A stretch of DNA of 64,000 bases from Anthoceros angustus (lineage: Eukaryota > Plantae > Anthocerotophyta): the NCBI GenBank assembly GCA_010909165.1, contig MU008164.1, positions 1,488,001 through 1,552,000 on the forward strand, in the 5' to 3' direction. The notes beneath the pieces are model-generated. The model did no database searches. It saw only the letters and a list, made by a program, of their open reading frames with translations, and was not told the DNA's origin. Of this stretch, positions 61,361 to 64,000 are shown in pieces. Made by a program: the position numbers and the translations under genes. Within the stretch, counting starts at the first letter, position 1. Every line of letters begins with the position of its first letter.

Positions 61361-62400
61361 GCCCCCTTATGTACGTGTTTTTTGTCAGGTTCATCACGAC
61401 TCGCTTCTGGATCCTTTCATGTATGTGATCCATCATAACTCTCTTCCACACCCTTTTGTGTATATGATTTCGAAAGTGTAAGAGTCAGTTTATGTGAAGG
61501 TTATGGTAAAAGTAAAGATCATTTTCAATATAAAAATGAAGGTAATAATAAATATTATCTTAAATATAGATGTAAAGATAAATTCTAACCTTCTTCAAGA
61601 CCCTTTATAAAATTCTAACCTTCTTCAAGACCCTTTATATATGGAATCTTCTATCAAACCCTCTCTTGAACCCCTTTATGTATCTTGGCCTATTGAACCT
61701 CAATTAGATGAAATATAATTATTTAATTAAAAAGTTTTAAGTAATTACTAGGAGGATTGCACCCATGTTCACACACCTAATACATACCTTTACAACGGGA
61801 ACATAATGCATAGGTACGTAGTGACGGTATGCGATAAAGAGTGAAGTGTCTGACGTCGATTTGAAGCGCGACGTGAGTGGGAAGTTGAGCGCAGCCCCCA
61901 GAAGTGTGCGAGCTGGGCGGTAACGCTGTTTGGGACGCGGGCAACGCTGAATGTGAGAATGTGCGATCGCCCGATGCAGGTGGCTCCTGCCATCGCCGGC
62001 TGCCTGCTCCATTCTGTGCTGTGCAGAGGCAGATCCCAGGATTAGGGAGGGCAAGCGTCCGCTGCGGTTTAATGCTCCGCTCTTCTTGAGCGGCATGTCG
62101 ATCAAGGGCTCGGGCTCTGCGCGCTTCCGGCACAGAGCGCCTCCTGGCTTGGCTCTCCTGGAATTGGGAAGCAGGTGGAATTGGTGCGCGCGCCGCAGGA
62201 GTGATTGTACGAAAAAGCCACAGCGTTGAGCTCAGGGTTGCGGCCTTCCCCGCGGCGCAACAAGAAGGTGCAGGGTCGAGGCTAGGGCCACGGCCGTGCT
62301 GGAATGCGTGTGGAAAGGAGCGGGAATTTGAGCAGGTCGGGGCTTTCTTGTTGCTGGAATTCTGGATTGCGGTGGTGCGGGAGTTCTTGCGAATTTGGTG

Positions 62401-64000
62401 ATGGTGCCGTCGCCGGGGGTGTCGGGAGGGGAGGAGTCAGGGATGAAGGCGAACGGCCTTCTGGTGGCCGCCGGGGCTGAGAGCACCAGCAGCAAGAGGC
62501 AGAGGAGGCCGAGCGTGAGGCTGGGAGAGCCCTCGGACCACCCCGCGTCCAATATTCTGCAAAACCCTCCCAAGAGGAGGAGAGTGCAGGAGGAGGAAGA
62601 GGAGGGGGACGAGGACGAGGAGGAGCGGGAGCGGGAGAAGGAGGAGGAGAAGGAGAAGGAGAAGGGGGAGGAGGAGCAGGAGCGGGAGGAGGAGGAGGAG
62701 CAGGAGAAAGAGGAGGAGAAGGGGGAGGAGGAGCAGGAGCGGGAGGAGGAGGAGGAGCGGGAGAAAGAGGAGGAGAAGGAGCGGGAGGAGCTGGAGCTGG
62801 AGCAGGATGAGGAGCAGGCGAGGAAGATGGAGTGGGAAGGGGTTCCGGATCAGGAGCGGGAGGAGAGGGAGCGATACCGGGATGGATACCACGACGTGCC
62901 TGTGCAGGGGGATTTCCCGTTTTCCGGCAAGGTGATGCACGCCAAGCCAAGGACCCGGACTCTGGAGCACGTTGCCAGCACGGCCAGCCAGTCTCAGCGG
63001 CAGAGGGATGCGGCGGTTCTGGCGGCTGGAAGCGGCGAGCCGGGGCTTTCTTCCAAGGAGAGCGATGGCGAGGGCCCGGGCGCGGCTGTGGAGCAGCAGC
63101 AGCAGGCTAACGGGGAGCAGGCCTCCGAGCAGGGGCTGGCTTTGGCTTTGGTTGTTGCGGCGGAGAAGCCTGTTACGGGCCGCCGGCAGCAGGTTAGCAA
63201 CGGGCCGGCCAAGCGCGGGAAGGCGACCAGGAGAGGAGGCAGGCGAGGCGGCTCCAGCGCCTCCTACAAGTCGATTGGAGGAATGCTGCAGACATCCAAG
63301 AAAGGGCAGGAGGAGAAGGTGAGCAAGGCGGGGAAGGCGGGGAGGCAGGGTAGGGCAGGGAAGGCGGGGAAGGAGAAGGAGAAGGAAGCGAAGCAGGGTA
63401 AGGAACGGCGGGAAGGTAGGGAAGGGAAGGAAGGGAAGGAGGATAAGGACTCCAAGGTTTCAGAAACAGAGAGCGTGAAGAATCCGTCTGTGGAGGAGAG
63501 GCAGAGCAGGGAGGCTCTCCCGCTGCCTCTGCCGCTTGCTCTTCCTCTGAGTCTGTTCCCGCCTCCTCCCGTGCCGCTTGCTATTCTTCCTCCGCCTGCT
63601 GCATCCGACAAGGAGCGGGAGAGCTCGGATCGGGGGCCTCTCAGCTCCGACGCGACGCAAAGCTCCTTCAACGAGCAGGGGAATGGGGAGGAGGCGGCTC
63701 CGAACGGGGGGCAGCAGCAGCAGCATGGGGATCTGCAGCAGGAGAAGATGAAGATGCCGTTGCCTCTGCCCTTGGCTGCACGGTCTCCCGCATTCCCTCC
63801 ACCGGAGACCAACGGCGGCAAGAGAGACGGCCGGGTGAAGAGCACGGATGCTGGCACAGCTGTTAGGCAGGAGGGGCCCCGAGCTGAGCAGCCGGAGCTC
63901 ACTGTGGGGGAGCTGAGCATCAAGTATCTGCACAGGGCAGCAGGTGCCTACACTTCAGGGGTCAGACCCTGGCTTTCGGCCCTCGGCTTGGGACACCATG
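62401..64000 (+). CDS. SAM-domain protein with long acidic/low-complexity N-terminus (3' end outside the window)
   Basis: Frame open from ATG 62401 to the window end, so it is absent from the ORF track. SKRQRRPSVRLGE motif of plant SAM proteins, a Glu-rich tract, and GVRPWLSALGLG (start of SAM domain) at ~63958. Confidence 0.82.
   Translation, partial: MVPSPGVSGGEESGMKANGLLVAAGAESTSSKRQRRPSVRLGEPSDHPASNILQNPPKRRRVQEEEEEGDEDEEEREREKEEEKEKEKGEEEQEREEEEEQEKEEEKGEEEQEREEEEEREKEEEKEREELELEQDEEQARKMEWEGVPDQEREERERYRDGYHDVPVQGDFPFSGKVMHAKPRTRTLEHVASTASQSQRQRDAAVLAAGSGEPGLSSKESDGEGPGAAVEQQQQANGEQASEQGLALALVVAAEKPVTGRRQQVSNGPAKRGKATRRGGRRGGSSASYKSIGGMLQTSKKGQEEKVSKAGKAGRQGRAGKAGKEKEKEAKQGKERREGREGKEGKEDKDSKVSETESVKNPSVEERQSREALPLPLPLALPLSLFPPPPVPLAILPPPAASDKERESSDRGPLSSDATQSSFNEQGNGEEAAPNGGQQQQHGDLQQEKMKMPLPLPLAARSPAFPPPETNGGKRDGRVKSTDAGTAVRQEGPRAEQPELTVGELSIKYLHRAAGAYTSGVRPWLSALGLGHH

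Noticed and set aside
62282-62970. Extensin-like Pro-rich minus-strand ORFs
   Set aside because: They are the antisense of the Glu-rich tract of the + strand SAM-domain gene.

Overview
Gene-dense nuclear DNA of a seed-free land plant (short GT-AG introns, PLS-type PPR and F-box families; hornwort- or Selaginella-like, by inference only). The left third is a nested transposon stack beside two F-box paralogues. A Ty1/copia element (5' LTR 3900-4095, tRNA-iMet PBS) is split within its protease codons by a 12.4-kb DNA transposon (5164-17542; 34-bp TIRs, CCCA target duplication). That transposon encodes a Sola1/DUF7869-like DDD transposase on the + strand. On the - strand it carries a frameshifted gene with a ParB-like domain and a beta-class (N6A/N4C) DNA amino-methyltransferase, which is the most interesting signal here. 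A 3-kb CCC...GGG non-autonomous element sits inside the transposase gene. The remainder holds PPR/LRR pseudogene mosaics, a SpoU/TrmH methyltransferase, tRNA-Glu, a SixA-like phosphatase, PALE CRESS, an HDA19-like deacetylase, MCT-1, PEX16, CRE-like LINE remnants, a Crinkler-like REase-kinase pseudogene, APC5, U6 snRNA, a tRNA-Glu-derived tandem array and a SAM-domain gene running off the end. Parts of about 5-21.5 kb and 46.8-47.6 kb look indel-rich, so some frameshifts may be assembly error.
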